Assembly: GCA_965262355.1 (NCBI GenBank)
Contig: OZ253534.1
Coordinates: 3,425,794-3,489,793 of the forward strand
Length of the DNA stretch: 64,000 nt
From: Candidatus Multivorans sp.
GTDB lineage: Bacteria; Acidobacteriota; Thermoanaerobaculia; Multivoradales; Multivoraceae
Direction of reading: 5' to 3'
Part shown: piece after piece, positions 17,021 through 26,740 of the stretch
Numbering within the stretch: the first letter of the stretch is position 1
Layout: each line of letters begins with the position of its first letter
The notes under the pieces: model-generated
What the model saw: the letters and a program-made list of their open reading frames with translations, nothing else
What the model was told of the DNA's origin: nothing
The model's database searches: none
Program-made: the position numbers and the translations under genes

Positions 17021-20005
17021 CTAACTGATGTAGATGAACTCGCTCGCCGACAGGATGACGTGGCAGAGCCGTGTCCAGGCGTAGATCTCGGCTTCGTCTT
17101 CCAGCGCCTTGCTGCGCATCTCGTCGAGGAAGGAGAGGCTGTCGGCGACATCGGCGGTGCTGGCGGGCCGCCCGTAGGCGCGGAGGAAGGCGGTATCGAT
17201 GCGTTCGCTGGCGCTCGCGTCTTCGATCTCCAGGAGCCGCTCGGCGAAGCCGCGTGCCGCCTCCTCCACGAGCGGGCTGTTCATCATCACGAGCGCCTGC
17301 CGCGGCACCACCGTCGCGGATCGATTGCCGACCGAGTCGCTGGCGTCGCCGAAATCGAAGCCGGCGAAGATCCTGTAGATGGCGGTGCGCACCACCGGCA
17401 TGTAGATGGAACGCCGTGGGGCGACATAGACGTCGGTGTTGCCGGAGTTGCCGCTTTCGCCGAAGACGTATCCCTTGGGGTCGTACTCCTCCACCCGTCC
17501 GCCCATCGTCAGATCGAGGCGGCCGGCGACCTGCAGCAGGGCGTCGCGAATCGGCTCGATCTCGAGCCGTCGCCGGTTCATGCGCCAGAGGAGGAGGTTC
17601 TCCTCGTCGACGGCGGCGTTGCCGGCGTCGTAGTCGGTCGACAACTGGTAGGTGCTCGACAGCATGATGTCCCGGTGCAGGTTCTTGAGCGACCACCCGC
17701 CTTCGACGAAGCGGCGCGCCAGCCAGTCGAGGAGTTGGGGATGGGTGGGAGCGCTGCCGATGGCGCCGAAGTTGCTCGGCGTCGCGACGATGCCGCGGCC
17801 GAAGTGCCAGCGCCAGACGCGGTTGACGATGACTCGCGCGGTCAGCGGGTGCTCGGGGTGGGTGATCCAGCGCGCCAACTCGAGGCGGCCGCTGGCGTCG
17901 GCGGCCACCGGCGGTGGCGGCGCCAGGTGGTCCGTGACCTTCAGGAAGCCGCGCGGCTCGGGTTCCTCGGCGAGGTTCAGGTGGCTGCCGCGAATGTGCA
18001 CCGGCAGGTCCACGATCTCCGCTTCGTCCACCGCCATGGCGTACGGCGGTTCGGGCGGGGAGGCTTCTTTCAACCGTTCGGCGTCGGCGCGCAGCTCGGC
18101 GAGCCGCTCCAGCGCCTCCGGCGGGTAGAGCTTCTCTTCCTCGTCCTGGTCGAGGCAGAGAATGCAGAAGTAGCCGCCGTAAACCAGCCATCGCAACTCC
18201 TCCTGCTCGCGCGGCAGCATGAAGTCCGAGGGCGCAAGGTCGTCCTCGTCCTTGAGCCCGAGTCGCATGAGGTGCTCTTCCCAGGCGATCTCGATTGTCG
18301 CGAAGAGGCTTCCGTAGCGCCAGGCGACCTCCTCCAGCGTCTTCGGCGCCGGCCCGCGGACGAGGCCCCGGGTCAGGGGCGCGGTCAGCACCTTCTCCGA
18401 GGCGATCATCGCCCGTAACTCTTCGGTCACCTGCTCGTAACGATCGGATGAGGCGGCGGCGAAGGCGTTCCAGATCACGAAGACGGCGCTTGGGCTCGGG
18501 GCATCCCCCTCGACCGGCGGGCCCTCCCGGTACCGGTAGAAGGCCCTGACCCAGAGCTCGACTACCGGTGCTTCCAGCCCCCGGTCCCCGGCGACCCGGG
18601 CGATCATCTGCTGGGCCGCCTGCTGCTTCGCCTCGTCGTCGCTCCAGCTCGGGTAGGCCTCCTCGGCGGCCAGCAGATACCGGGCGATAGCAGCGCGGCG
18701 CGGGCGGCGCAGGGCGTCGTTGTGCTCGCTGACCACCTCGTCGACCTTCTCTTGCGCTTCGGCCACGAGCTTCTGCGCCGCCTCGTACCGGGCGATCGCT
18801 TCTTCCGGGGCGAGGGGCCTCTCCAGCCAGCGCATGCTGCCGGCGTCGCTCATCGTCTCGGTAGAGCGCAGGACACCGGCCAGGGCGTAGTAGTCGGCCG
18901 TGGGGATGGGGTCGAACTTGTGGTCGTGGCAGCGGGCGCAGCCGATCGGCAGGCCCAGAAAGGCGCGGCCCACCGTGTTGACCTGCTCGTCGACGATGTC
19001 GATGAGCATCTTGTCGACGTCCTGCTCGGCGAGCACCTTGGGACCGAGCATCAGAAAGCCGGTGGCGGTGATCTGCTCGAAGCGCTGGGCGTCCGTCTCG
19101 GCCGTCATCAGGTCGCCGGCGATCTGTTCGTGGACGAACCGGTCGAAGGGCTTGTCGCGATTGAAGGAGTCGACCACGTAGTCGCGGTAGCGGAACGCGT
19201 TGCGGAAGGCGATGTTCTCGTCGAGGCCGTTCGAGTCGGCATAGCGGGCGATGTCGAGCCAATGGCGGCCCCAACGCTCACCGTAGTGCGGCGATGCGAG
19301 GAGCCGGTCGACGACCCTGGCGAAGGCGCCGGGGCCCCGGTCGGCGAGGAAGTCGGCGATCTCGGCTTCCGACGGGGCCAAGCCGATGAGATCGAAGGTG
19401 GCGCGGCGGAGCAGGGTGCGTTTGTCGGCCGCGGCCACTGGCTCAAGGCCCTTCCCTTCGAGTCGCGCCAGGATGAAGCGGTCGATCGGCCGGCTGATCC
19501 ACGCCTCGTTCTCGACCTCGGGCGGTGCGGGATCTGCGATCCGGCGGTAGGCCCAATGCTCGCGGCCGGCGGTGTAGTCGAACGACTCGGCTGGCCGGCT
19601 CGCTGCGGTCACCGTCCGCTCGCCGCCGGTCCGTGGGTCGGGAGCGCCCCGGCGGATCCACAGCTCGAAGTCGGCGATCACCGGTTCCGGCAGCTTGCCG
19701 TCCGGCGGCATCTGGGTGAGACGCTCATAGTGGAGCGCCTCGATGAGCAGGCTGTCCTCGGGCGATCCCGGAACGATCACCGCGCCGCTGTCGCCGCCGG
19801 CGCGCAGCCCCTCGGCATCGAGCAGAACCAGCCCGCCGCGGATCTTCTTCGGATCGCCGCCGTGACACTCGTAGCAGCGCTCGGCCAGGACCGGCCTGAT
19901 CTTCGACTCGAAGAACTCTAGATCGGCGGGGTCGGTCTCGGCGGCGCCGGCGACCGTGCCGACTGCCGCCAGCCAGGCGAAGGCAAAGGGCGCAGGACGA
20001 ATCAT
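17021..20005 (-). CDS. PSCyt1 / DUF1549 / DUF1553 multidomain protein (planctomycete-type cytochrome c domain protein)
   Basis: CYECHGGDPKKIRGGLVLLD (PSCyt heme-binding motif) at the N-terminus. 994 aa, in the canonical DUF1553-then-DUF1501 gene-pair arrangement. Confidence 0.8.
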   Translation of the reverse strand: MIRPAPFAFAWLAAVGTVAGAAETDPADLEFFESKIRPVLAERCYECHGGDPKKIRGGLVLLDAEGLRAGGDSGAVIVPGSPEDSLLIEALHYERLTQMPPDGKLPEPVIADFELWIRRGAPDPRTGGERTVTAASRPAESFDYTAGREHWAYRRIADPAPPEVENEAWISRPIDRFILARLEGKGLEPVAAADKRTLLRRATFDLIGLAPSEAEIADFLADRGPGAFARVVDRLLASPHYGERWGRHWLDIARYADSNGLDENIAFRNAFRYRDYVVDSFNRDKPFDRFVHEQIAGDLMTAETDAQRFEQITATGFLMLGPKVLAEQDVDKMLIDIVDEQVNTVGRAFLGLPIGCARCHDHKFDPIPTADYYALAGVLRSTETMSDAGSMRWLERPLAPEEAIARYEAAQKLVAEAQEKVDEVVSEHNDALRRPRRAAIARYLLAAEEAYPSWSDDEAKQQAAQQMIARVAGDRGLEAPVVELWVRAFYRYREGPPVEGDAPSPSAVFVIWNAFAAASSDRYEQVTEELRAMIASEKVLTAPLTRGLVRGPAPKTLEEVAWRYGSLFATIEIAWEEHLMRLGLKDEDDLAPSDFMLPREQEELRWLVYGGYFCILCLDQDEEEKLYPPEALERLAELRADAERLKEASPPEPPYAMAVDEAEIVDLPVHIRGSHLNLAEEPEPRGFLKVTDHLAPPPPVAADASGRLELARWITHPEHPLTARVIVNRVWRWHFGRGIVATPSNFGAIGSAPTHPQLLDWLARRFVEGGWSLKNLHRDIMLSSTYQLSTDYDAGNAAVDEENLLLWRMNRRRLEIEPIRDALLQVAGRLDLTMGGRVEEYDPKGYVFGESGNSGNTDVYVAPRRSIYMPVVRTAIYRIFAGFDFGDASDSVGNRSATVVPRQALVMMNSPLVEEAARGFAERLLEIEDASASERIDTAFLRAYGRPASTADVADSLSFLDEMRSKALEDEAEIYAWTRLCHVILSASEFIYIS

Positions 20006-20137
20006 GGCATTTGGGAAGCTGCTGAGTGGGCTGAACAGCGCAGGCTATCCGATCGCGTTCCGGCGACAGGTGGAGGGATTGGGCTGCAGTAAACTCGTCG
20101 GACGCTCGGTGCCAGACCACAGTGAGAGGGATGTAGC

Positions 20138-21514
20138 GTGAGCGAAGCCTTGGCCAGAAGCGCCCGCTCCGCCACCACGGTCAATCGCCGGAGCACCGAC
20201 CGCTACCTCCGCGAGGACTCGGCTTCACGGTCGCTCTACGAGCGCGCCCTTCAGGTCATGCCCGGCGGCAACAGCCGCCACACCCTGGTGATGGATCCGT
20301 ACCCGATCTACGCGACCTCGGGGCAGGGCTGCATCGTCACCGATGTCGAAGGCCAGGAGCGCATCGACTTCGTCAACAACTACACCTCGCTGATCCTCGG
20401 GCACTCGCACCCTGCGGTGACCGAAGCGGTTGCTCGAGTGATCCGCAAGGGCACGGCCTTCTCCCTGCCGACCGAGACCGACATCCGGCTCGCCGAGCTA
20501 CTCGTAGACCGCATTCCGTACATCGATCAGGTGCGGTTTGCGAACTCCGGCAGCGAGGGCGTGCTTCTGGCCGTCCGGGCGGCACGCGCGGCAACCGGCC
20601 GCAGCAAGATCGCGAAGTTCGAAGGCTGCTACCACGGCATCTACGACTACGCACAAGCCAGCGACAGTTCGCGTCCCAGGAACTGGGGCGACTTGGAAAA
20701 GCCTGCAACAACGCTCGAACCGAGCATGGCGAAAAGCCTTGAGAAGGATGTCGTGACCTTGCCGCTCAACAACATCGAGGTCTGCAGCGATCTGATCGAC
20801 GAGCACCGCGACGATCTGGCGGCCGTGCTCCTGGATCCTCTGCCTGCTGCGCTCGGGCTGATCCCGCCGAGCACCCAGTTCGTGTCGGCATTGCGGGCCA
20901 GGACGAGGGAGTGCGGCGCCCTGTTGATCGCGGACGAGGTGCTCTCGTTTCGCATCGACTACCGCGGCGCCTGCCATCTCCTGGGTGTCGAGCCGGATCT
21001 CGTAGCCCTCGGCAAGATCATCGGCGGTGGCTTCCCCGTCGGTGCGGTCGCCGGAAAGGCCGAGGTGATGTCCGTCTTCGATCACCGCGACGGCGAACTC
21101 GTTCACCACGGCGGCACCTACAACGGCAATCCAGTCACGATGGTCGCAGGCTACGAAACGATGAAGCGCCTGACTCCGGAAGTCTTCGACGAGTTCGACA
21201 GGCTCGGCGACCGTGTCCGCGGCGGGCTCCAGCAAGTACTCGCCAGGCACGGCATCGAAGCCGTGGCGACGGGTCGCGGTTCACTCTTCTCCGTGGTCCC
21301 GGGGGACGAGCCGCCCAAGAACTTTCGAGAAGTCGTCACCGCACGCTCCAAGGCGCCGCAACTCCAGCGCATCGCCCTGGAGATGCTCAATCGAGGGATC
21401 CTGATGGGCGCCCGCGGTCTCTTCGGCGCCCTCTCGACGCCGATGGGAGACGCGGAGATCGATCGCTTCCTCGAGGCTGCGGACGGCGCCGCGGCGCACG
21501 TCCTCGCTGCCTGA
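20138..21514 (+). CDS. Class III (PLP-dependent) aminotransferase, glutamate-1-semialdehyde aminomutase-like
   Basis: …YERALQVMPGGNSRHTLVMDPYPIYATSGQGCIVTDVEGQERIDFVNNYTSLILGHSHPAV…IAKFEGCYHG… GTG start. Confidence 0.8.
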   Translation: MSEALARSARSATTVNRRSTDRYLREDSASRSLYERALQVMPGGNSRHTLVMDPYPIYATSGQGCIVTDVEGQERIDFVNNYTSLILGHSHPAVTEAVARVIRKGTAFSLPTETDIRLAELLVDRIPYIDQVRFANSGSEGVLLAVRAARAATGRSKIAKFEGCYHGIYDYAQASDSSRPRNWGDLEKPATTLEPSMAKSLEKDVVTLPLNNIEVCSDLIDEHRDDLAAVLLDPLPAALGLIPPSTQFVSALRARTRECGALLIADEVLSFRIDYRGACHLLGVEPDLVALGKIIGGGFPVGAVAGKAEVMSVFDHRDGELVHHGGTYNGNPVTMVAGYETMKRLTPEVFDEFDRLGDRVRGGLQQVLARHGIEAVATGRGSLFSVVPGDEPPKNFREVVTARSKAPQLQRIALEMLNRGILMGARGLFGALSTPMGDAEIDRFLEAADGAAAHVLAA

Positions 21515-21532
21515 ACCGGCCGACGAGCCGCA

Positions 21533-24118
21533 TCACGGCACGGTGCGGCCGGCGAGGATGCCGAGGTACTCCTGCACCTGCTGCCGGCTTGACCCGGCGC
21601 CGAGCGCGGCCATCAGGAAGACCCGGGCCTTGAGTCCGTCGAGGTCCTCTCCGCCCACGACTCCCATTTCGTCGAAGGGCGGATAGAGCACCACCCTTCC
21701 CGCTCCCGTGCGTGTTGTGAAGAGGACCACGACATCGTTCTCGATCGCCTCTCGCAGGGCCGGCGCCACGCGCTCCGGCACATTGCCGCGTCCGAACACC
21801 TCCACGACCAGACCCTTGGCGCCATTCTCGACGGCCGCGCGCACCAGATGGCCGTCGCTGCCCGCGACGAGCCGCAACAGGTCGACGTTGGGCTCGATCC
21901 TCGCGGCCGGAATCAGCAGGCGCCTCGTCGGCCGCCGTTTCAGATAGAAGACGCCGTCGTCGAAGCTGCCGAGCGGTCCGACACCCGGCGACACGAAAGC
22001 CTCTACCGCCACCGAGTGGGTCTTGCGCACGTCACGGGCCGCGTGGACTTCGTCGTTCAGGGTCACCACGACGCCGAGCTGTCTGGCCGCTGGTGAGCCG
22101 GCGAGAGTGACGGCGTTGAGCAGATTGCGTGGGCCGTCGGTATCCGTTCGCTGCGGAGAGCGTTGCGCCGCGGCGAACACGACCGGGCGTGGGTCCGCCA
22201 CCAGGAGATCGACGAGGAACGCGGTTTCCTCGAGTGAATCCGTGCCGTGGGTGATCACGACCCCGCTGAGCGAGGCGTCGCGCGCGAAGAGCTCGTTCAC
22301 GCGCTGCGCCAGCAAGAACTGGATCTCGGGCGTCATCTGCGAGCTGCCGATGGCGCTCCAGTCCTCGCCGGTCACCGTCGCTACCCGAGCCAGCTCGGGA
22401 ATCGCCTCGACGAGGTTGGATGCGGTCAGCTTCCCGTCCGTCGCGCTGGCGATCGTGCCGCCGGTCGCCACCACATGGACCTTCGGCAGTTCGCCGCTTC
22501 GGCGCCCCGAACCTCCTCGCCGTAGCGGGCGTCCCGGCCGGGCGCCCGTGACCTCACCGTCGAGCAGAACGAAGACACCGCCCACCAGCACATGCCGCGC
22601 GCCCTTCGCGTAGTGATGCGGGTCGCCGAATGCGGCGGGGTCGTCGATCTCGTCGACCGCGAAGACGGCAATGTCGGCCACGCCGCCTATCCCCAGACGA
22701 CCACGATCCGCGAGGCCGAGCCGATCCGCGGGAAGCGACGACATCTTGCGGATCGCCTCCGGCAGGGACAACACGCCTTCATCGCGCGCATAGTGGCCGA
22801 GGACGCGGGCGAAGGTTCCGTAGTTGCGTGGATGCGGAACTCCCTCGCCGGGCGCCACGATGCCGCCATCGGACGCGATCATCGTCTGCGGGTGCCGCAT
22901 GATCCTGATGACGTCCTGCTCCTCCATCGCGTGGAAGATGCCGCTGAAACCGCCCTTCTCCTGCAGCTCGAGCGCGAGTTCCGCGGCCGCTTCCAGGTCA
23001 TCCCGGGCCTCGCCGCGCCGGGCCAGAATGTCGGCCAGACTCATTCCGTTGAGCGACGGATCCCACTCGCACTGGGAAACGACGACGTTCTTCGGATGTC
23101 CCCCACCGCGGTCGACGCGCAGGGCCTCGACGACGCCGGCTTTGATTCGCGCTCTCGTGTCCGGGTCGCGGAGGCGCGCCAGTAGATCTTCGGGCTCGCC
23201 TTCCAGACTCCAGGCGGGGAAGAGGATCGAGAGCGAGGTGCTCGACGCGGTGTAGGGGTACTGGTCGATCGTCACGTCGACGCCCCTCGCCCGTGCCGCG
23301 TCGACGAGGGCCAGGGACTGTTCGCTGGCGCCCCACATCGGGGCGCCAACCACTTTGTGATGTGTCAACTGCGTCGGCAAGCCGCCCTCCTCGCCGATGC
23401 GGATGGTCTCCTCGACCGCGGCGAGGAGTTCGAGGCCTTCCTCGCGCATGTGACTGACGTGGAAACCGCCAAAACGTGCAGCGACCCGCGCGAGGGCGAT
23501 GACCTCTTCGGTCGTCGCGTAGGCGCCGGGCACGTACTTGAGCCCGGTCGACAGGCCGAACGCCCCTTCGCTCATCGCCTGTTCGACGAGCCGCTTCATC
23601 GCCTCGAGCTCGTCTTCCGTCGGCGCCCTGTCCTCGTTGCCCATCACCTGACCGCGGATCGTGCCGTGGCCGACGGTTAGCCCGAAGTTGATCGCCGGCG
23701 GATGGAGGTCGATGCGCGCCAGGAAGTCGCCAATCGGAAGCGGAGAACTCCCATCCGGCCCCTCGATGACCGTCGTTACGCCCTGGCGGACGTAGTTCTC
23801 GGCCAGCGGATGCCGGAACACGCCCCGCACGGCGTGGCTGTGGATGTCGATGAAACCTGGAGTGACCGCGAGTCCGCTCACGTCGAGGCGTTCGGCGGCT
23901 CGTGCGCCTTCGAGGTCACCGATCGCCGTGATCCGGTCACCCACGATGCCGACATCGGCGCGGTAGGGCTCGCCGCCACGGCCGTCGTAGATCGTCCCGC
24001 CTTCGAGCACCAGGTGATAGCGCGACCCGTCGGCGGCCTGACCGAGGCAGACAGCGGCGGATGACAGGGCGAGGACGGCAGCGGCGGCGCCCCCGGTCGC
24101 CGGCCAGTTCCGACTCAA
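21533..24118 (-). CDS. Fusion protein: N-acyl-D-amino-acid deacylase (D-aminoacylase, amidohydrolase family) plus L-asparaginase, with signal peptide
   Basis: N-terminal half: GGTIYDGRGGEPYRADVGIVGDRITAIGDL…PGFIDIHSH. C-terminal ~330 aa: KVHVVATGGTIAS…VVITHGTDSLEETAFLVDLL (asparaginase TGGTIAG and HGTDT motifs). Start assigned to a TTG giving MSRNWPATGGAAAAVLALSSAAVCLGQA. The upstream ~114 codons of the ORF are Arg-rich junk. Confidence 0.7.
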   Translation of the reverse strand: MSRNWPATGGAAAAVLALSSAAVCLGQAADGSRYHLVLEGGTIYDGRGGEPYRADVGIVGDRITAIGDLEGARAAERLDVSGLAVTPGFIDIHSHAVRGVFRHPLAENYVRQGVTTVIEGPDGSSPLPIGDFLARIDLHPPAINFGLTVGHGTIRGQVMGNEDRAPTEDELEAMKRLVEQAMSEGAFGLSTGLKYVPGAYATTEEVIALARVAARFGGFHVSHMREEGLELLAAVEETIRIGEEGGLPTQLTHHKVVGAPMWGASEQSLALVDAARARGVDVTIDQYPYTASSTSLSILFPAWSLEGEPEDLLARLRDPDTRARIKAGVVEALRVDRGGGHPKNVVVSQCEWDPSLNGMSLADILARRGEARDDLEAAAELALELQEKGGFSGIFHAMEEQDVIRIMRHPQTMIASDGGIVAPGEGVPHPRNYGTFARVLGHYARDEGVLSLPEAIRKMSSLPADRLGLADRGRLGIGGVADIAVFAVDEIDDPAAFGDPHHYAKGARHVLVGGVFVLLDGEVTGARPGRPLRRGGSGRRSGELPKVHVVATGGTIASATDGKLTASNLVEAIPELARVATVTGEDWSAIGSSQMTPEIQFLLAQRVNELFARDASLSGVVITHGTDSLEETAFLVDLLVADPRPVVFAAAQRSPQRTDTDGPRNLLNAVTLAGSPAARQLGVVVTLNDEVHAARDVRKTHSVAVEAFVSPGVGPLGSFDDGVFYLKRRPTRRLLIPAARIEPNVDLLRLVAGSDGHLVRAAVENGAKGLVVEVFGRGNVPERVAPALREAIENDVVVLFTTRTGAGRVVLYPPFDEMGVVGGEDLDGLKARVFLMAALGAGSSRQQVQEYLGILAGRTVP

Positions 24119-25317
24119 CGGTGCTCCAGGAGGAGCGCGAACAGATCGTCGCGCACGCGGTTGCGCAAGCCGCCGCCCTCGTCCTGGTTGAACTGCACGG
24201 CCACCGCAATCCCCGAGTCCCGGTGGTAGTACATCGTGGAGCGCCAACCGGGGAACCAGCCGCCATGGCCCACGAGTTCGCCGTGCGGGGTATCGGCACA
24301 GTAGACGCCGAGCCCGTAGGTCGCCTCGGCGTCTTCCCCCCGGTAGCCGGAGCCCAGCATCTCTTCCAGGTACGGCCCGTCGAGCGCTCGCCCCTCGTAG
24401 AGGATCTTGGCCCAGCGTGCCAGGTCCCGGGAGTTCGAGACGTAGCCGCCGCCTGTCCACTCCGTGCGCGGGTTGAAGGCGGTTAGGCCGTCCTCAGCCG
24501 TCTTGGCCGGTAGGGCGAAGGCATTGTCTTCGCCAAGGTGACCGGGGGCGAGATCGGTGAACGAGCGGCCCAGTTGTTCCTCCGTGCGAGGAAGGTCGTG
24601 ACGGTCGAGGACGCGGCGCCGCGCCTCTTCGTAGTAGTTGCCGCCGGATGCCGCTTCCAGGATGAGGCCCGCAACGATGAACCCGGTGTCGGTGTAGGAG
24701 TACCCCTCGCCGGGCGCGAAGAGAGGCTCCTTGTCGAGGACGAACTGAACCAGCTCGCGTGGTTCGAAGTAGAAGTCCGGGTCGGCGGCCGGACCGCCCC
24801 TTCGGGCCCTGGCTTCCCGGCGCCAGGCGTCGTCGAACACGTGGTCGGTCAAACCGCTCGAGTGACTGAGCAGATGGCGAAGGGTCATCGTCTCGTGGTT
24901 GGGAAGCCGTGTCCACCAGGGCTCGTTCCCGAGCCAGCGGGAGGCCAGGTCATCGAGGCCGAGGAGGCCTTCGTTCGCCATGCTGAGCGCGGTGGCCGCG
25001 GCAAACGTCTTGCCGATGCTGCCGGCCGGCATGCGGTGCTCGGGTGTCATCAACACGCCGCGCTCCGGGTCGGCATAGCCGGTCGCGGCAGAGCCTTCGC
25101 TGCCATCCGGAAGGACGAACGCGGCGGTTCCCCCGATGAATCCCAGCTCGTCGCGCAGTTCATCAAGTCGCTCTTGGAACAGCTCCTCGATCTCCGTCGC
25201 CACCACTGCCTCGCTCCCTTCAGTGCCTGCGATCTCGGAGCCCGTGGGCTCGGTGCACGCCGCGCCCAGGGCAAGCATCGGGAGAAGGGTGAGCCCTGTG
25301 ACCTGCCGGCGAGCCAC
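24115..25317 (-). CDS. Serine hydrolase, beta-lactamase/S12 family (D-aminopeptidase / DD-peptidase-like), probable lipoprotein
   Basis: …HRMPAGSIGKTFAAATAL (S-x-x-K)…YSYTDTGF… Start uncertain (25278-25317). LLPMLALGAAC is lipobox-like. Confidence 0.75.
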   Translation of the reverse strand: MARRQVTGLTLLPMLALGAACTEPTGSEIAGTEGSEAVVATEIEELFQERLDELRDELGFIGGTAAFVLPDGSEGSAATGYADPERGVLMTPEHRMPAGSIGKTFAAATALSMANEGLLGLDDLASRWLGNEPWWTRLPNHETMTLRHLLSHSSGLTDHVFDDAWRREARARRGGPAADPDFYFEPRELVQFVLDKEPLFAPGEGYSYTDTGFIVAGLILEAASGGNYYEEARRRVLDRHDLPRTEEQLGRSFTDLAPGHLGEDNAFALPAKTAEDGLTAFNPRTEWTGGGYVSNSRDLARWAKILYEGRALDGPYLEEMLGSGYRGEDAEATYGLGVYCADTPHGELVGHGGWFPGWRSTMYYHRDSGIAVAVQFNQDEGGGLRNRVRDDLFALLLEHR

Positions 25318-25408
25318 CCGGCAGCTAGCGCGGCAGGAACTGGGTGCGCCGGCGCCCCCGCCGGCTTCCGAGAGACACGCGCCGCGAAGCGGCGACAAAC
25401 CTGGCGCA

Positions 25409-26704
25409 CTAGTCCCACGCATATGCGGCCCGAATTCTTGCCGGCAACTCCTGAAACACGACTGGATTGGCCTCGCTGCTGTTGGCCAGGATGACATAGC
25501 CGTCGCCGCCTTCGAGCGATCCGACGAAGTTCCCGCGAAAGCCCCAGTTGCCGCCGGTATGGCCGAAGAAACGGGCCGGTTCTCCGGGCGGTGCGGGACG
25601 GTGGGGTGTGGTGGCGCCGGCGGTGAAGCCGAGCGCGTACTGACCCACGCCTCCCGGCGTCACCATCTTCCGGGCGAACTCAGCTCCAAGGACCCGGTTG
25701 GAGCGCCCTTCCAGCGAGAGCTGGACCTCGATCAGGAACTTGGCCAGATCGGTCGGAGTCGTCCAAAGCCCCGCGGCATAGAGCTCCGGATAGACGTGCC
25801 ATTTCGCGCGCGGCTCTCCCTCGTCCCCGGCCTCGCCTGTAACAGACCCGCCCGCTCGCGCCGCGTTGACTTCGAGTGCCGCAGGCAGGGGTTGGCAGAA
25901 GCAACTGCGTGTCATGTCGAGTGGATCGAGAATCGTCTCCTGGAGAATATCCGCAAACGGCTGTTCCCGAACGTCGCTCAGAGCGAGTTGCAGGATCGTC
26001 GAACCGCCTCCCGAGTACTCGTAGCGGGTGCCGGGCTGCCAGGCGACGACCACGGGCTCGGTGTTTGCGCGCGTCGTCTGACCTTCACGCCCGAGGATCT
26101 CGGGGACAGTCGGCAGCCCGGCGCCGGCCTCGTAGCCGGGGAATCCCGAGACCGTGGTGCCCGCCGTCATGCTCAGCAGCATCCGTGGAGTCACCAGCGT
26201 CTCGGCAAGCAGCTCGGCGTCATCCTCGAGCCGCCAGGAGCGAAGCAAAGAGTTGATGTCGTCGTCGAGCTCGAAGAGTCCATCCTGAACAGCTCGGAGA
26301 ACCGCCATGGCCGACAGCGGCTTGCTGATCGACGCGGCCTGGAAGAGCGTCTCGACGTCGGCAGGCGCGCCGCTTGTTTCGTCTGCTACGCCATAGGCCC
26401 TGGCCCAGGCCAGCCGGTAGTCCTCGACGACCGCGAGGCTGAGTGCCGGGATGCCGTGCGTCTCCATGAGTTCCGCGAGGCTCTTGCCGGCATCGTCGCT
26501 CGACCCCGGCTGGCGCGGCGCTTCGATCCTGGCGATCCGTTCCGCCGGCTCGTCCGGACTGGCGCCGTCCGGCTGCGCCTGGAGGGGTATGGCGAGAACC
26601 CAGACCAGCAGGAGGCCACGACCTGCCAAGGACAGTAGTCGCTGTGGTCCGATGCCTGTTGCCGAAACGACGAACGCCTGTGGCGGAATCGCCGGGCTCT
26701 TCAT
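25409..26704 (-). CDS. Serine hydrolase, beta-lactamase/S12 family, secreted
   Basis: Signal peptide, then …ETLFQAASISKPLSAMAVL (S-x-x-K)…YEYSGGG…HTGGNWGF…. Confidence 0.8.
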   Translation of the reverse strand: MKSPAIPPQAFVVSATGIGPQRLLSLAGRGLLLVWVLAIPLQAQPDGASPDEPAERIARIEAPRQPGSSDDAGKSLAELMETHGIPALSLAVVEDYRLAWARAYGVADETSGAPADVETLFQAASISKPLSAMAVLRAVQDGLFELDDDINSLLRSWRLEDDAELLAETLVTPRMLLSMTAGTTVSGFPGYEAGAGLPTVPEILGREGQTTRANTEPVVVAWQPGTRYEYSGGGSTILQLALSDVREQPFADILQETILDPLDMTRSCFCQPLPAALEVNAARAGGSVTGEAGDEGEPRAKWHVYPELYAAGLWTTPTDLAKFLIEVQLSLEGRSNRVLGAEFARKMVTPGGVGQYALGFTAGATTPHRPAPPGEPARFFGHTGGNWGFRGNFVGSLEGGDGYVILANSSEANPVVFQELPARIRAAYAWD

Positions 26705-26740
26705 CTCCCGCGGATTCTAGTCCGCGTATTCAGCAAGCCC

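Noticed and set aside
15995-18418. 807-aa plus-strand ORF (and 3513-4121, 4135-5277, 5513-6070, 11205-12818, 15567-19274, 18722-19921, 25136-26638, 27701-28684, 30153-31514, 31843-32538, 59468-61159, 61548-62830 and similar)
   Set aside because: All overlap well-supported genes on the opposite strand or another frame. Their translations are dominated by R/G/A/P/V runs with no domain signatures, so they are GC-driven spurious ORFs.
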